Shown in pieces: positions 1-10,620 of a stretch of 64,000 bases of DNA. Made by a program: the position numbers and the translations under genes. The number at the start of each line of letters is the position of its first letter. The stretch's first letter is position 1. The DNA is taken from NCBI GenBank assembly GCA_963666275.2, contig CAXXOA010000001.1, positions 1,952,001 through 2,016,000 of the forward strand, given 5' to 3'. The stretch comes from Oceanispirochaeta sp. (GTDB taxonomy: Bacteria > Spirochaetota > Spirochaetia > DSM-2461). The notes under the pieces are model-generated. The model was not told the DNA's origin, did not search any database, and was given only the letters and a program-made list of their open reading frames with translations.

Positions 1-2
1 TA

Positions 3-539
3 TTGAAAGAAACTGTATACATCGGTATCGGAAGCAATATGGGAGACAGGCTCCGCATTTTGCTCGAGTGCCTGAATAAACTTGAGACTCTCCTTTCCCC
101 GATGAAGATTTCATCCATCTGGGAAACTGAACCTATGATAATAAAGGATCAGCCTGAATTCCTGAACATGGCTGTCTGCGGCAGTTTTTCCGATACTCCT
201 GAAAATCTTCTGAAAGAACTATGGAAAATTGAAGATTCGGCAGGCAGAAACCGTCAGAATGAGATCAGTAAAGGCCCCAGGCCTCTGGACCTTGATATCC
301 TCCTGTTCGGCAACAGGGAAATCCATACGGAAATCCTTGATGTGCCCCATCCTGCCATCAAGGAGAGGGCTTTTGTTCTTCAGCCCTTGTTGGAATTAAA
401 TGCGGAACTCTGTGAGCCCGGAAGCGGAACTGTTTACGCCGGCTTACTGGAAGATGTTGAAAACCAGGGTATTATCTGTTATAAAAACTCAGAACAGGTT
501 AAGACATTACTGAAGGATCGTTATGACAGAAAATTATAA
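3..539 (+). CDS. folK: 2-amino-4-hydroxy-6-hydroxymethyldihydropteridine diphosphokinase (HPPK); TTG start at the window edge, so the start is uncertain
   Basis: YIGIGSNMGD, FLNMAV, GPRPLDLDIL and VPHP...ERAFVLQPL are HPPK motifs. Confidence 0.93.
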   Translation: MKETVYIGIGSNMGDRLRILLECLNKLETLLSPMKISSIWETEPMIIKDQPEFLNMAVCGSFSDTPENLLKELWKIEDSAGRNRQNEISKGPRPLDLDILLFGNREIHTEILDVPHPAIKERAFVLQPLLELNAELCEPGSGTVYAGLLEDVENQGIICYKNSEQVKTLLKDRYDRKL

Positions 540-1281
540 TATTCAGCTCGAGGAATTTGAAGGCCCTCTGGATCTTCTGTTATTTCTGATCAGAAAAAAT
601 GAAGTTAATATCTATGATATTCCCATCAAGAAAATCACTGAACAGTATATCTCCTACCTTCAATATGCGACTTCGGTCAATCTGGAGAATATAACGGATT
701 TCTATGTTATGGCGGCCACTCTGCTCTATATAAAATCTAAAATGCTCCTTCCTGTAGAGGTGGATTTCTCTGATGAACTGGAAGACCCCAGGGAAGAACT
801 GGTTGCCAAACTGATCGATTATCAGAAATTTAAAAAACTATCAGTACTGATGACCGAGCAGGAAAAAACAACGGAATGGGTGATTGAACGGAAAAAGGAA
901 CAGAGGATGCTTCCTTTCTCGCCTGATGAAGACATGTGGCAGGAAGTGGAAGTCTGGGAACTTCTGAAAAGTTTTTCACAGGTTATGGGAAATCTTACCC
1001 AGGAAACCATCGTAAATCTTTATGAAGAAGTTTCTGTTAATGAGAAAATCACTCTGATTCAGGAGCTGCTGGAAGAAAGAGGAGAATTCTCCTTTACGGA
1101 CATCCTGATCAACCCTGAATCTATCATGGAGATAGTCTGTGCCTTTCTGGCAATCCTGGAATCAGTGAAACTGAGCCTTATAGCGGTTTATCAGAATCGT
1201 CTTTTCGGTGATATACTAATCAGATCAATAAATTATAAGGATAAGAAAAATGACTCTGAGCAAGGAGCAGTCGATTCTTGA
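523..1281 (+). CDS. scpA: Segregation and condensation protein A (kleisin)
   Basis: FEGPLDLLLFLI N-terminus, C-terminal FLAILE; adjacent to scpB. Confidence 0.95.
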   Translation: MTENYNIQLEEFEGPLDLLLFLIRKNEVNIYDIPIKKITEQYISYLQYATSVNLENITDFYVMAATLLYIKSKMLLPVEVDFSDELEDPREELVAKLIDYQKFKKLSVLMTEQEKTTEWVIERKKEQRMLPFSPDEDMWQEVEVWELLKSFSQVMGNLTQETIVNLYEEVSVNEKITLIQELLEERGEFSFTDILINPESIMEIVCAFLAILESVKLSLIAVYQNRLFGDILIRSINYKDKKNDSEQGAVDS

Positions 1282-1789
1282 GGCAATCCTTTTTCTGGAA
1301 AGTGAACCAGTCACTCTTCAGCATCTGGTAAAAGTCAGCGGATTATCAAAAGATGTCATTCAGGAAGTTCTCACCAGTATGGAAGAGCATTACAAAGCTC
1401 CTGAACATGGACTTTCCCTGATTGAAATGCAGGGGGGATGGGTTCTTTCTCCCAAGGAAGATCTCTGGGACAACCTTAAAGATCACTATGGTAAAAAAAA
1501 TGATGATAAACTATCCAAGGCAGCTATGGAAACTTTATCAATCATAGCGTATTCTCAACCCCTCACAAAAGCGGAAATTGAGAATCTCAGGGGTGTTTCA
1601 TCTGATGGAATGATCCGTCTGCTCCTCAAAAGGAATCTAATCAGGGAAGTCGGTAAAAAAGATGTTCCCGGAAAGCCTATTCAATACGGCACCTCCAAAG
1701 AATTTCTCAAAATGTTCCGACTAAAAAGTATAGCTGATCTACCGAAACTTGATGAAGTGGAGCAGCGTAGGTTCGAATTGAATGGATAA
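1250..1789 (+). CDS. scpB: SMC-Scp complex subunit ScpB
   Basis: LEAILF, LSKAAMETLSIIAYSQPLTKAEIENLRGV, YGTSKEFL, LPKL. Confidence 0.96.
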   Translation: MTLSKEQSILEAILFLESEPVTLQHLVKVSGLSKDVIQEVLTSMEEHYKAPEHGLSLIEMQGGWVLSPKEDLWDNLKDHYGKKNDDKLSKAAMETLSIIAYSQPLTKAEIENLRGVSSDGMIRLLLKRNLIREVGKKDVPGKPIQYGTSKEFLKMFRLKSIADLPKLDEVEQRRFELNG

Positions 1790-2537
1790 TACAGAAGAAG
1801 AAATAAGATTGCAGCTGTTCCTGGCACGCTCAGGGATTGGTTCAAGGCGTAAGTGCGAAGAGATCATTGCCGAAGGCAGAGTAACTGTCAACGGGAAAGC
1901 TGTACTGACACCGGGAACAAAAGTATCCGCTGATGATGTCGTCACTTTTGACAACAGAGTGGTTAAACCCTCAAAAGACCTCATTTACATAGCCCTTCAC
2001 AAACCCTCAGGCTACATCTGCTCCAATCAGGATCAGCAGGGAAGGCCCCTGGCTATTGATCTGATAAATACCGCAGTGAAACAGAGACTTTACAATGTAG
2101 GCAGACTGGACTACATGACATCAGGACTCCTGTTTTTCACAAATGACGGCGAATTCGCCAAAAAAATGACCCATCCCTCTTCCCATGTGGAGAAAGAGTA
2201 TATGGTAACCTCCAAAAAGGAGATTCCTCTGGAACTGATGGAACAGTTCAAGAGAGGCATGATTGTTCAAGGTGTCAAATATAAGTTGAAAAAGTATACC
2301 TTCAAGGGCAAAAGAACAGTCAGCATTGTCCTGGAAGAGGGAAAAAACAACGAACTGCGGAAAGTATTCCTTTCCAGGAATATAACTATAAAAAGTATTC
2401 ATCGGGTTCGAATCGGAAGTGTTACCCTCAGCGGCCTTAATCCCGGACGGTTCCGAAAACTGACTCCTAAAGAGGTAAACAGCCTTCTTGAAAAAAGTCA
2501 AAAAAAAGCCGCAAAAAGGATTGAGAAGAAAAAATGA
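1782..2537 (+). CDS. rluB: 23S rRNA pseudouridine synthase, RsuA/RluB family (S4 plus catalytic domain)
   Basis: RLQLFLARSGIGSRR, HKPSGYI, GRLDYMTSGLL; scpAB-rluB-cmk order. Confidence 0.88.
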   Translation: MDNTEEEIRLQLFLARSGIGSRRKCEEIIAEGRVTVNGKAVLTPGTKVSADDVVTFDNRVVKPSKDLIYIALHKPSGYICSNQDQQGRPLAIDLINTAVKQRLYNVGRLDYMTSGLLFFTNDGEFAKKMTHPSSHVEKEYMVTSKKEIPLELMEQFKRGMIVQGVKYKLKKYTFKGKRTVSIVLEEGKNNELRKVFLSRNITIKSIHRVRIGSVTLSGLNPGRFRKLTPKEVNSLLEKSQKKAAKRIEKKK

Positions 2538-3172
2538 TTGTAGCATTAGACGGACCTGCCGGTGTAGGAAAGAGCAGTATCGCCTCAAAAATTGCAAAAG
2601 AATGGAATTTTTTTAATCTGAACTCAGGGAATTTCTACAGAGCCGTGGCTCTTCTCTCTCTGAAAACAGGGATTTCTGTGAGTGAAGAGGAAAAAATAGT
2701 TCAGCTGGCCTCTGATTGCCAGATAGAAATCAGGGATTTCCGCTTTTTTCTCAATGGGATCGATGTGGAAGAAGATCTCCATTCGGATGCTATTGACAAG
2801 ATCGTTGCCCAGGTCTCTGCCATTGTACCGGTCCGGCATATTATTAACGATAAAATACGGAAGCTGAGCGAAAAACTCGACATCGTCGCGGAAGGCAGAG
2901 ATATGACGACTGTTGTTTTTCCCCATGCTGAAGTGAAATTTTTCATTGACGCCTCCCCCGAAGTAAGAGCGGAACGCAGGTTCAAACAGGGGGTCAGTGA
3001 TCTGAGTTTTGAAGAAATCCTGGACGGAATCAGGAAGAGAGATGTGATAGACAGAAACAAAAAAGAGGGTAGTCTAAAAATTTCTGACGACGCAATATAT
3101 TTGGATACATCCTCCTTGACGTTAGGACAAGTTTGTGAGAAAGTATCAGGTAAAATTAAAGAATTTGAATAA
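2534..3172 (+). CDS. cmk: Cytidylate kinase
   Basis: IVALDGPAGVGKSS, EGRDMTTVVFP, RAERR; directly upstream of rpsA. Confidence 0.95.
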   Translation: MIVALDGPAGVGKSSIASKIAKEWNFFNLNSGNFYRAVALLSLKTGISVSEEEKIVQLASDCQIEIRDFRFFLNGIDVEEDLHSDAIDKIVAQVSAIVPVRHIINDKIRKLSEKLDIVAEGRDMTTVVFPHAEVKFFIDASPEVRAERRFKQGVSDLSFEEILDGIRKRDVIDRNKKEGSLKISDDAIYLDTSSLTLGQVCEKVSGKIKEFE

Positions 3173-3192
3173 TTCAGGAGAATTGAACGGTT

Positions 3193-4896
3193 ATGGTAGA
3201 AATGGATGCCGCTGCAGCAGAGAACAACAATCAAACAAAACTACAGGAAGAGTACCTGAAAGGCATGGATCAGCTAGTTGAAGGCGAACTGGTTGACGGA
3301 CATGTTATACAGGTGGATTCCGAGTATGTTTATTTGGATGTTGGCTATAAATCAGAAGGAAAAATACCGGTAACCGAGTTCAAAGAAACTCCTGCTATTG
3401 GTGAAGATGTATCTGTAATCCTTGTAAAAAGAGAAGGAAAAAACGGAGAATTAGTTGTTTCCAAAAGAAAAGCTGATGCGAAAGTAATGTGGAAAGAGCT
3501 TCGTGACGCATTTCAGGATCACAAGACAATCAAAGGGAAAGTCGTCAAATCCATCAAAGGCGGATTTGAAGTGGATCTTGGTATCGAAGTCAGAGCCTTT
3601 ATTCCTATCTCAAAGATGGACCTTCACAGAATTGAAAACCCCGAAGAATACATTGGTCTGGAAACAGAATTCTATATCGAACGTCTTTACAATGAAAAAT
3701 CCAAAGTCAACATAGTACTCAGCAGAAGAGAATGGCTTGAAGAGATTCTCACTGAGAAGAAAAAAGAATTTTTTGAAAAAACAACCATAGGTGATGAAGT
3801 AAAAGGAACTGTAAAAAGTTTCACTTCCTTCGGAGCCTTTATTGATCTGGGCGGTTTTGACGGTCTTCTTCATATCAACGATATGAGCTGGGGACATGTA
3901 AACAGACCCAAAGATTATGTTAAAAAAGGACAGGAAATTGATCTTAAGGTTATCAGACTGGAACCGGAAGATGAAAAAATCAATCTGTCTCTGAAACATT
4001 TTACACAGGATCCCTGGTCTACGTTTGAAGATCGCTATCAGGTAGAAGATGTCATTAAAGGTAAAGTTACCAAGCTCACTGATTTCGGTGCCTTTATTGA
4101 AATTGAAGAGGGAATTGAGGGACTTGCTCATATTTCTGAACTGTCCTGGGTAAAAAGGATCAAACATCCCAAAGAAGTACTGAATATCGGAGATGAAGTT
4201 GAAGCAATGATTCTCGGTTATGATATTCACGAAGGTAGAATCAGCCTTGGTATGAAACAGGTACTTCCTAACCCCTGGGATGAAATCGGTGAAAAATACC
4301 CTGTTGGTATCAAACTGACAAGAACTATCAAAAAAATTACCAATGCCGGTGCTTTTATAGAACTGGAAGAAGGTATTGACGGGTTCCTCCATGCCGATGA
4401 TCTTTCATGGACCAAAAAAGTAAAGAATCCCTCCAGCGTACTTAAAGAGGGTGAAGAGATTGAAGTGACTGTTATCAATGTCGATAACGAAACACACAGA
4501 ATCAGACTTGGTGTAAAACAGCTTTCTGATGATCCCTGGGCAACTCTGATGGAAGTAGCTCCCAAAGGCAGTGTTATTGAAGGAGAAATCTCTAATATCA
4601 CTGATTTCGGACTGTTTGTAAAAGTACAGGGTGAAATCGAGGGACTGATTCATAAGAACAATCTTTCTGAGGACAGAGACGCTGATCCGGATGAACTTCT
4701 TTCCACCTTCAAAGTGGGAGATAAAATCAAAGCAGCAGTCATTGAACTGCAGCCTTCAAAACAGAAACTTTCACTTTCAGTTAAAGAAATGAAGCTGAGG
4801 GAACAGAAAAAAGAAATATCCAAATATATTCATGAGGAAAATGAGGATGATTCGACTTTTACCCTTGCTGACATGCTGAAGGAAAAAGAAAATTAA
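3193..4896 (+). CDS. rpsA: 30S ribosomal protein S1
   Basis: Six S1 repeats (FGAFIDLGGFDGLLHINDMSW and similar); AGGAG SD. Confidence 0.97.
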   Translation: MVEMDAAAAENNNQTKLQEEYLKGMDQLVEGELVDGHVIQVDSEYVYLDVGYKSEGKIPVTEFKETPAIGEDVSVILVKREGKNGELVVSKRKADAKVMWKELRDAFQDHKTIKGKVVKSIKGGFEVDLGIEVRAFIPISKMDLHRIENPEEYIGLETEFYIERLYNEKSKVNIVLSRREWLEEILTEKKKEFFEKTTIGDEVKGTVKSFTSFGAFIDLGGFDGLLHINDMSWGHVNRPKDYVKKGQEIDLKVIRLEPEDEKINLSLKHFTQDPWSTFEDRYQVEDVIKGKVTKLTDFGAFIEIEEGIEGLAHISELSWVKRIKHPKEVLNIGDEVEAMILGYDIHEGRISLGMKQVLPNPWDEIGEKYPVGIKLTRTIKKITNAGAFIELEEGIDGFLHADDLSWTKKVKNPSSVLKEGEEIEVTVINVDNETHRIRLGVKQLSDDPWATLMEVAPKGSVIEGEISNITDFGLFVKVQGEIEGLIHKNNLSEDRDADPDELLSTFKVGDKIKAAVIELQPSKQKLSLSVKEMKLREQKKEISKYIHEENEDDSTFTLADMLKEKEN

Positions 4897-4908
4897 TTTT
4901 TCAGCCAT

Positions 4909-6414
4909 ATGTTAGCTGATAAAGTTGATAAGAAGAGACTTGAGACCTTAATTGAAATTAATAACCTTATTAATTCCAATTATACAGATATCAAGTCTCT
5001 TCTCACTCATATCCTTGAATCTTCCACACGACTTACCGGCGGAGAGTCTTCCTCCCTTTTACTAGTTGATAAAGAAACTGAACTTCTCTATTTTGAAATA
5101 GCCCTTGGAACCAAGGGAGATGAAGTGAGTAAGCTGACTGTTAAAATGGGTGAGGGGATTGCCGGCTGGGTGGCTCTGAACAATCAATCCCTCATAGTTA
5201 ATGATGTAGAAAAAGATACCCGTTTTTATTCCGGTATAGATAAAGGTGTCGGATATAAAACAACATCAATCCTGGCAGTGCCATTGCGACTGAGAGGGGA
5301 GTGTGTCGGTGTCATTGAAGTCATTAACAAGGAAAACGGCAGGAAGTTTACAGAAGAAGATCTGGAATGGCTGGAAATATTCACCAATCAGGCTTCCCTT
5401 GCCTATCAGAATGCCCAATCCTATAAAAAAGTTAAAGATGAACTTTTCCGGCTGCAGGACAGAGTAGAAACCAACAGCGGCTATCATAAACTGATTTATG
5501 CCAGCCCCGAGATTGATGAACTTTTAAGTGTAACGGACAAGATTTCCCAGTCAGATTCACCTGTTCTTATTACCGGTGAAAGCGGGGTGGGAAAGGAGCT
5601 GTTTGCAGAACAGATTCATTTGAAAAGTTCCCGGGCAAATGAGATTCTCATCCGCCTGAATTGTGCGGCCATACCGGAAGAGCTCCTTGAAAGTGAATTA
5701 TTCGGTCATGTCAAAGGTGCCTTTACAGATGCCTCCCAGGACAGGATCGGTCGCTTTGCCATGGCTGACAGGGGATCTATTTTCCTGGATGAAATCGGAG
5801 AAATTTCTTTATCAGTGCAGGCTAAGCTGCTGAGGATCCTGCAGAACAAACAGTTCGAACCTCTCGGATCTTCCGAAACAGTCACTGTGGATGTCAGAAT
5901 TATTGCCGCTACAAATAAAAACCTGGAAAGCCTGGTGGAAAAAGGATTATTCCGGGAAGACCTGTATTACCGTCTGAATGTCCTACCCATCTCGATTCCT
6001 CCATTGCGGGAGCGGAGAGATGATATACCAGTTCTGGCCGAGTATTTTCTGAAGAAATATACCATGAAGAACAGGAAGAAACTTCAGGGTTTTACTCCAG
6101 ATTGTTTTGACATGCTTTTCAATTATTCCTGGCCCGGAAATGTCCGGGAACTTGAGAATGTGATAGAGAGAGCTGTTATTATTTCAGACAGTTCGGTGAT
6201 ACGAAGCAAGAGTCTTCTTTTATCAAAAGGTGCGGAATCCACATATTCGCGATATAATGGAAAAACTTTAAAAGATGCGGTGAATTTATTTAAGAAAAAT
6301 TATATAAAAGGTATACTGGATGACTGTGAAAATAATCAGACTGAAGCTTCCAAACTTCTGGGGATTCAGAGAACATACTTATCCAGATTGTTAAAAGAGT
6401 TAGAAATAAAATGA
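4909..6414 (+). CDS. GAF-domain sigma54-dependent transcriptional activator (GAF-AAA+-Fis HTH)
   Basis: GEGIAGWVA GAF motif; GESGVGKE Walker A; GAFTDA; FLDEIGE; WPGNVRELEN; C-terminal NQTEASKLLGIQRTYL HTH. Confidence 0.93.
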   Translation: MLADKVDKKRLETLIEINNLINSNYTDIKSLLTHILESSTRLTGGESSSLLLVDKETELLYFEIALGTKGDEVSKLTVKMGEGIAGWVALNNQSLIVNDVEKDTRFYSGIDKGVGYKTTSILAVPLRLRGECVGVIEVINKENGRKFTEEDLEWLEIFTNQASLAYQNAQSYKKVKDELFRLQDRVETNSGYHKLIYASPEIDELLSVTDKISQSDSPVLITGESGVGKELFAEQIHLKSSRANEILIRLNCAAIPEELLESELFGHVKGAFTDASQDRIGRFAMADRGSIFLDEIGEISLSVQAKLLRILQNKQFEPLGSSETVTVDVRIIAATNKNLESLVEKGLFREDLYYRLNVLPISIPPLRERRDDIPVLAEYFLKKYTMKNRKKLQGFTPDCFDMLFNYSWPGNVRELENVIERAVIISDSSVIRSKSLLLSKGAESTYSRYNGKTLKDAVNLFKKNYIKGILDDCENNQTEASKLLGIQRTYLSRLLKELEIK

Positions 6415-6424
6415 GGAGATTAAA

Positions 6425-7105
6425 TTGAATACTCACAATGAAACATCACTGACCAGGGCAGAAAAAATTGCCAATATACTGAAAAACAACAGCAAGAAAC
6501 TCATAGTAGCGGCCATAGCAGTAGTCGCGATTCTTGTCCTGATTGGCCTTTATGATTTTTATACCAAAGGACAGAAGGAAAAAGCACTTCTTCATGCGGA
6601 AACCATTGAAGAAACCTACAGCAAATGGATCAATTCTGCTGAAGCAGATAAAGAATCTGTTGCTGCAGAGCTGGAATCTGTACTGGAAGAAGGTGTTTCA
6701 GAGTTCAGCGGTTCCTATGCGGAACTGAGAGCCCTCTATACCAGAGGATTGTATCTTGCCCAGGCAGAAAACTGGGATGAATCCATCGAGGCATTTATTT
6801 CTGTTTCAGAAAAATTTTCTGACAGCTATCTTGCTCCTGTAGCACTTTTCAATGCAGCCTCCATAGCTGACCAGGCAGGAAACTCCGAACAGTCTCTGGG
6901 CCTCTATAAATCAGTATTGGACAAGTTCGGTTCTGTTTCAGCCGATATCCCTGAAACGCTTTTTAATATTGGCCGCTTGAATGAAGAAATGGGCAATGCA
7001 GAGGATGCCATAGCATCCTATCAGCGGATTCTTGATGATTATTCTTCCTCAAATTGGACGAATATTGCAAAAAGCCGTATAATTGCATTAAATACCAATA
7101 GTTAA
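6425..7105 (+). CDS. Membrane-anchored TPR protein (YfgM/CpoB-like)
   Basis: One N-terminal TM followed by TPR-like helices (ALYTRG, ALFNAA, TLFNIG); GAGGAG SD before TTG. Confidence 0.75.
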   Translation: MNTHNETSLTRAEKIANILKNNSKKLIVAAIAVVAILVLIGLYDFYTKGQKEKALLHAETIEETYSKWINSAEADKESVAAELESVLEEGVSEFSGSYAELRALYTRGLYLAQAENWDESIEAFISVSEKFSDSYLAPVALFNAASIADQAGNSEQSLGLYKSVLDKFGSVSADIPETLFNIGRLNEEMGNAEDAIASYQRILDDYSSSNWTNIAKSRIIALNTNS

Positions 7106-7136
7106 TTCTTTTCATCCGAAGATCAAGGAGTGAGCA

Positions 7137-9542
7137 ATGGCAAAAGAAGACAGGAAACGGTCTAAGATCTGGAATATCAAATACTTCAGTCTTGTACTGG
7201 CTGTTTTATTCTTCTTTATTTTCCTGGGGCTCAATAAAACAACTTCCATTTTCGACCATATGGAATTGAAGCTCCTTGATCTGCATTTCAATTTAAAGAC
7301 TGTTTTTGAACAGTCAAGGATTCAGGAAGGGGTTACAATAGAAAAACGGAACCCCAATATATCTCCTGATATACTCATACTCGGTATTGATTTTAATAGT
7401 CTGAATGAATTTGGGCGATGGCCTTTTCCCCGGTACAGACATGCGAATCTTATGGATTCTTTCAGCAGGATTAAAAACCAGAGTGAAAGAGAATCCGCCC
7501 TGTTTATAGATATTTTCTTTATTGAACCGGACAACAATGCCTATGATGATGCCATTCTGACAGAAGCTATGAGCAATAACGGCCGGGTTTTTATAGAAAC
7601 AGTACTGAAACGGACCCCAATGAGTGAGTCAGATTCTGCTGAATATTTCGGTCGACAGGATGCTCTGTATGAGAATTTCGGCCAGATAACAAATATAGAA
7701 GGGGATACTTCACAGGTAACCGAATATTTCGGAGCCCAGTCACCTTTAAAACCATATGCCCGTGCAGCCTCTGGCTTCGGGCATGCCAATTTCTATGAAG
7801 ATTATGACAAAAGATATCGCCGGCAGCAGCTTATCGCCAAATCTTCGGTACTCGTCAGATCCCTGAATGCGGATGAACTTACCACAGACTATTCGATTGA
7901 TCCCGAATCATTCGAGCGTCTGGCCTGGCTTGATAGAGACGGAATCTCTCACACTCTTGAATATCCTCTGACAGAAAAGATACTGAAACAGCTCAAAGAA
8001 GATCTGGAAGAATCAGCTGTTCCCCGTGTGGAGGATTCCGACGGAGACGGTACGCCGGATAAAGAGTTTTATACTGTTAATCATTATCAGGATCACTTTG
8101 TTCCTGCCATAACCCTGTCCCTGGCGGCAAATTATTTCAATAAAAGTCTCTCGGACATTAAAGTGGTTCTCGGAGAATATATTCTTATTCCTGATATCCG
8201 GAAATTCAATACCGAAACGAGCCAGTGGGAGCCATACACAATTACCCGGGAATATCCCGAAACAGACGAAGAAGGAAATGTAATAAAAGAGGGAGTTTAT
8301 GAAACTGTCTCTGAGATAAAAATTCCTATCGATGAAAGAGGGCAGATGCTGATCAACTACATGGGGACACGGTCAAATCCCTCCCGTGGCGGTTATCAGA
8401 CCTATCCCATACGTTCCTACTCCGGCTATGCTTCCCGAGTCCCCGGCCTGGATCCCGATGGATGGCCGAGAACCAAGGCTGTGGGCAATAAGATTCTGAT
8501 GGTGGGAGCCTTTGCCCAGGGGATTGCTGATGATGAAAAGACGACACCTTTCGGGCTTATGTACGGTGTTGAAATACATGCCAATGCGCTGAATACAATC
8601 CTTATGGATAATTTCCTTCAGGAAATACCGGATATCTATAACATCCTGATTCTGTTTTTCTCGGTGCTGATAATTGCATTCATTACCTCAAGGATGGGGC
8701 CGGGATGGTCTCTGCTATTTACAGTTCTTCTCATTTTTGGTGAATTTATCACCATATCAATTCTGTTTGAATTCAAGAAATACATGATTGACTTTTCAAC
8801 TCCGGGTATAGCCATGTTTTTTACCTATATTACAGTGGTTCTTTACAGGATTATTGTTGAAGAGTCCGATAAGCGCCGAATTAAAGAAATGTTCGGAAAG
8901 TATGTCAGTCCTCTGGTTGTGGATCAGATGATGGACAAGCCCCCTGAATTAGGCGGTGTTGATAACGATACTACAATATTTTTCTCCGACATCCGGAGTT
9001 TCACAACCTTATCGGAAACGATGTCGCCGCAGGAGCTGGTTACATTGCTGAATGAATACCTGACAGCCATGACAGACTGTCTTATGGATTACAGAGGGAC
9101 TCTTGATAAATACATTGGAGACGCTATAATGGGCTTCTGGGGAGCTCCCATACCTCAGGAGGATCATGCACTTCTTGCCTGTAAATGTGCGCTGAAACAG
9201 ATGGAACTTCTGGATGATCTGAACAGCAAATGGCCTCAGGAAAAGCAGATTCATATCGGTATTGGATTAAATTCGGGTGTAACCACCGTTGGCAACATGG
9301 GTAGTGAAGGGCGTATGAACTATACTGTAATGGGTGACAATGTGAACCTGGCATCCCGTCTGGAAGGTATTAACAAACAGTATTACACAAGCATAGTCAT
9401 CAGTGAATCTACCTACGAAAAGGTAAAGGACAGAGGGGCTATTACAAGAGAACTGGATGATATCCGGGTAAAAGGTAAAAGAAAACCTGTTAGAATTTAT
9501 GAATTAATTGGATTTGAAGACGGACTTGAAGTACCGGAATAG
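7137..9542 (+). CDS. CHASE2-domain class III adenylate cyclase
   Basis: GRWPFPR and GVEIHANAL CHASE2 motifs, 3 TMs, then FFSDIRSFT, DKYIGDAIM and YTVMGDNVNLASRLE (K/T pattern of ATP-specific cyclases). Confidence 0.92.
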   Translation: MAKEDRKRSKIWNIKYFSLVLAVLFFFIFLGLNKTTSIFDHMELKLLDLHFNLKTVFEQSRIQEGVTIEKRNPNISPDILILGIDFNSLNEFGRWPFPRYRHANLMDSFSRIKNQSERESALFIDIFFIEPDNNAYDDAILTEAMSNNGRVFIETVLKRTPMSESDSAEYFGRQDALYENFGQITNIEGDTSQVTEYFGAQSPLKPYARAASGFGHANFYEDYDKRYRRQQLIAKSSVLVRSLNADELTTDYSIDPESFERLAWLDRDGISHTLEYPLTEKILKQLKEDLEESAVPRVEDSDGDGTPDKEFYTVNHYQDHFVPAITLSLAANYFNKSLSDIKVVLGEYILIPDIRKFNTETSQWEPYTITREYPETDEEGNVIKEGVYETVSEIKIPIDERGQMLINYMGTRSNPSRGGYQTYPIRSYSGYASRVPGLDPDGWPRTKAVGNKILMVGAFAQGIADDEKTTPFGLMYGVEIHANALNTILMDNFLQEIPDIYNILILFFSVLIIAFITSRMGPGWSLLFTVLLIFGEFITISILFEFKKYMIDFSTPGIAMFFTYITVVLYRIIVEESDKRRIKEMFGKYVSPLVVDQMMDKPPELGGVDNDTTIFFSDIRSFTTLSETMSPQELVTLLNEYLTAMTDCLMDYRGTLDKYIGDAIMGFWGAPIPQEDHALLACKCALKQMELLDDLNSKWPQEKQIHIGIGLNSGVTTVGNMGSEGRMNYTVMGDNVNLASRLEGINKQYYTSIVISESTYEKVKDRGAITRELDDIRVKGKRKPVRIYELIGFEDGLEVPE

Positions 9543-10257
9543 TATTGTACTGCTGACATTAATAATTTTTACTCTTTCAGCTTCCTGCGGATTGCCTGTA
9601 TATGAAGTGTTGGATCCTCCTAGAAAGATAGGGTCATCTTTGAATCAGGTAGGGTTTGATACACCTGATGATGATCTTATTGACGGTTATATTATCTATT
9701 ATAAGATCTATTATTCCGGAGACACGAGTGTAGATGATGATGAAGCTCATTTCAGTCCTTCCTATTACGAAGACAGTTCATCTGAGATGGAATCCGGCAC
9801 GGATATTCCTGAGGATCTGGACTTCTTCCCATTGGGGATCATCGGTAAAACCAGTGTGACCTATCCGCATATACCGCTGCGGGGGGATGATCATGAGGTG
9901 TATTTTGATTTTACAAACGCACAGAATCAGAACGGAGATCCCATCCTTTCCATAGACGGAGTGAATTACAATCAGGACTTGGGAACGCCAGCGAGAGGTG
10001 TTTTCTACACGGATGATATCGGATCCGACAGCTATAATACATTCAAAAGTTTTATCAACAGCTTTTCTACAGACTCCGGTCAGATTGACTCAGATCTCAT
10101 TTCCATGCGTAGCTCAAACGGAGGAAGTCTTTCCAATATCAATGCTATTGAAATTGCTTTTGTTGCTATCAGTTATGGTATAAGTGAGTCAAATTTTGAA
10201 CAGATGATGAGTTTGCCTGTTTATCTTGGGTCTGTGACAATGAACGTGAATTTTTAA
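9508..10257 (+). CDS. Hypothetical lipoprotein (start uncertain: TTG 9508 or 9526)
   Basis: Hydrophobic signal ending LSASC; acidic mature part; overlaps the cyclase stop. Confidence 0.65.
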   Translation: MDLKTDLKYRNSIVLLTLIIFTLSASCGLPVYEVLDPPRKIGSSLNQVGFDTPDDDLIDGYIIYYKIYYSGDTSVDDDEAHFSPSYYEDSSSEMESGTDIPEDLDFFPLGIIGKTSVTYPHIPLRGDDHEVYFDFTNAQNQNGDPILSIDGVNYNQDLGTPARGVFYTDDIGSDSYNTFKSFINSFSTDSGQIDSDLISMRSSNGGSLSNINAIEIAFVAISYGISESNFEQMMSLPVYLGSVTMNVNF

Positions 10258-10285
10258 CTTTTCATTAAAAAATTAAGGAAATACT

Positions 10286-10558
10286 ATGCTTGGAAGTTAT
10301 TCAATGAATTTTATATTGCTGTATATGATTTGCGGTTTTACATCCGCTTTTTTCTGTTTCTATATTCTTCGTTGGTATTTTATTGGACATACCATCGGAG
10401 CACTGGCTGTGGGCGTCATTGGTTCTTTTGCCGGTGCATTGATCGGTTCCATTTTTTTTCATGAAGGTATTTCAGTAATAAATGCGTCGATTGCTTTTAT
10501 TATTTCCTTTTTATCACTGTATTTATTTCATTCAGTCAGTAAGCACTATCCTGACTAA
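10286..10558 (+). CDS. Small 3-TM membrane protein (GlsB/YeaQ/YmgE-like)
   Basis: Gly-rich GVIGSFAGALIG TM pattern; AAGGA SD. Confidence 0.55.
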   Translation: MLGSYSMNFILLYMICGFTSAFFCFYILRWYFIGHTIGALAVGVIGSFAGALIGSIFFHEGISVINASIAFIISFLSLYLFHSVSKHYPD

Positions 10559-10620
10559 AAGTCCATTTTGCTTCTGATAATATATATTCTGTCTACTTAA
10601 ATATCTATAAGGACTTATAA

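Noticed and set aside
5716..5733. GAFTDA in place of GAFTGA in the sigma54 activator
   Set aside because: A known variant of enhancer-binding proteins; not evidence of lost function
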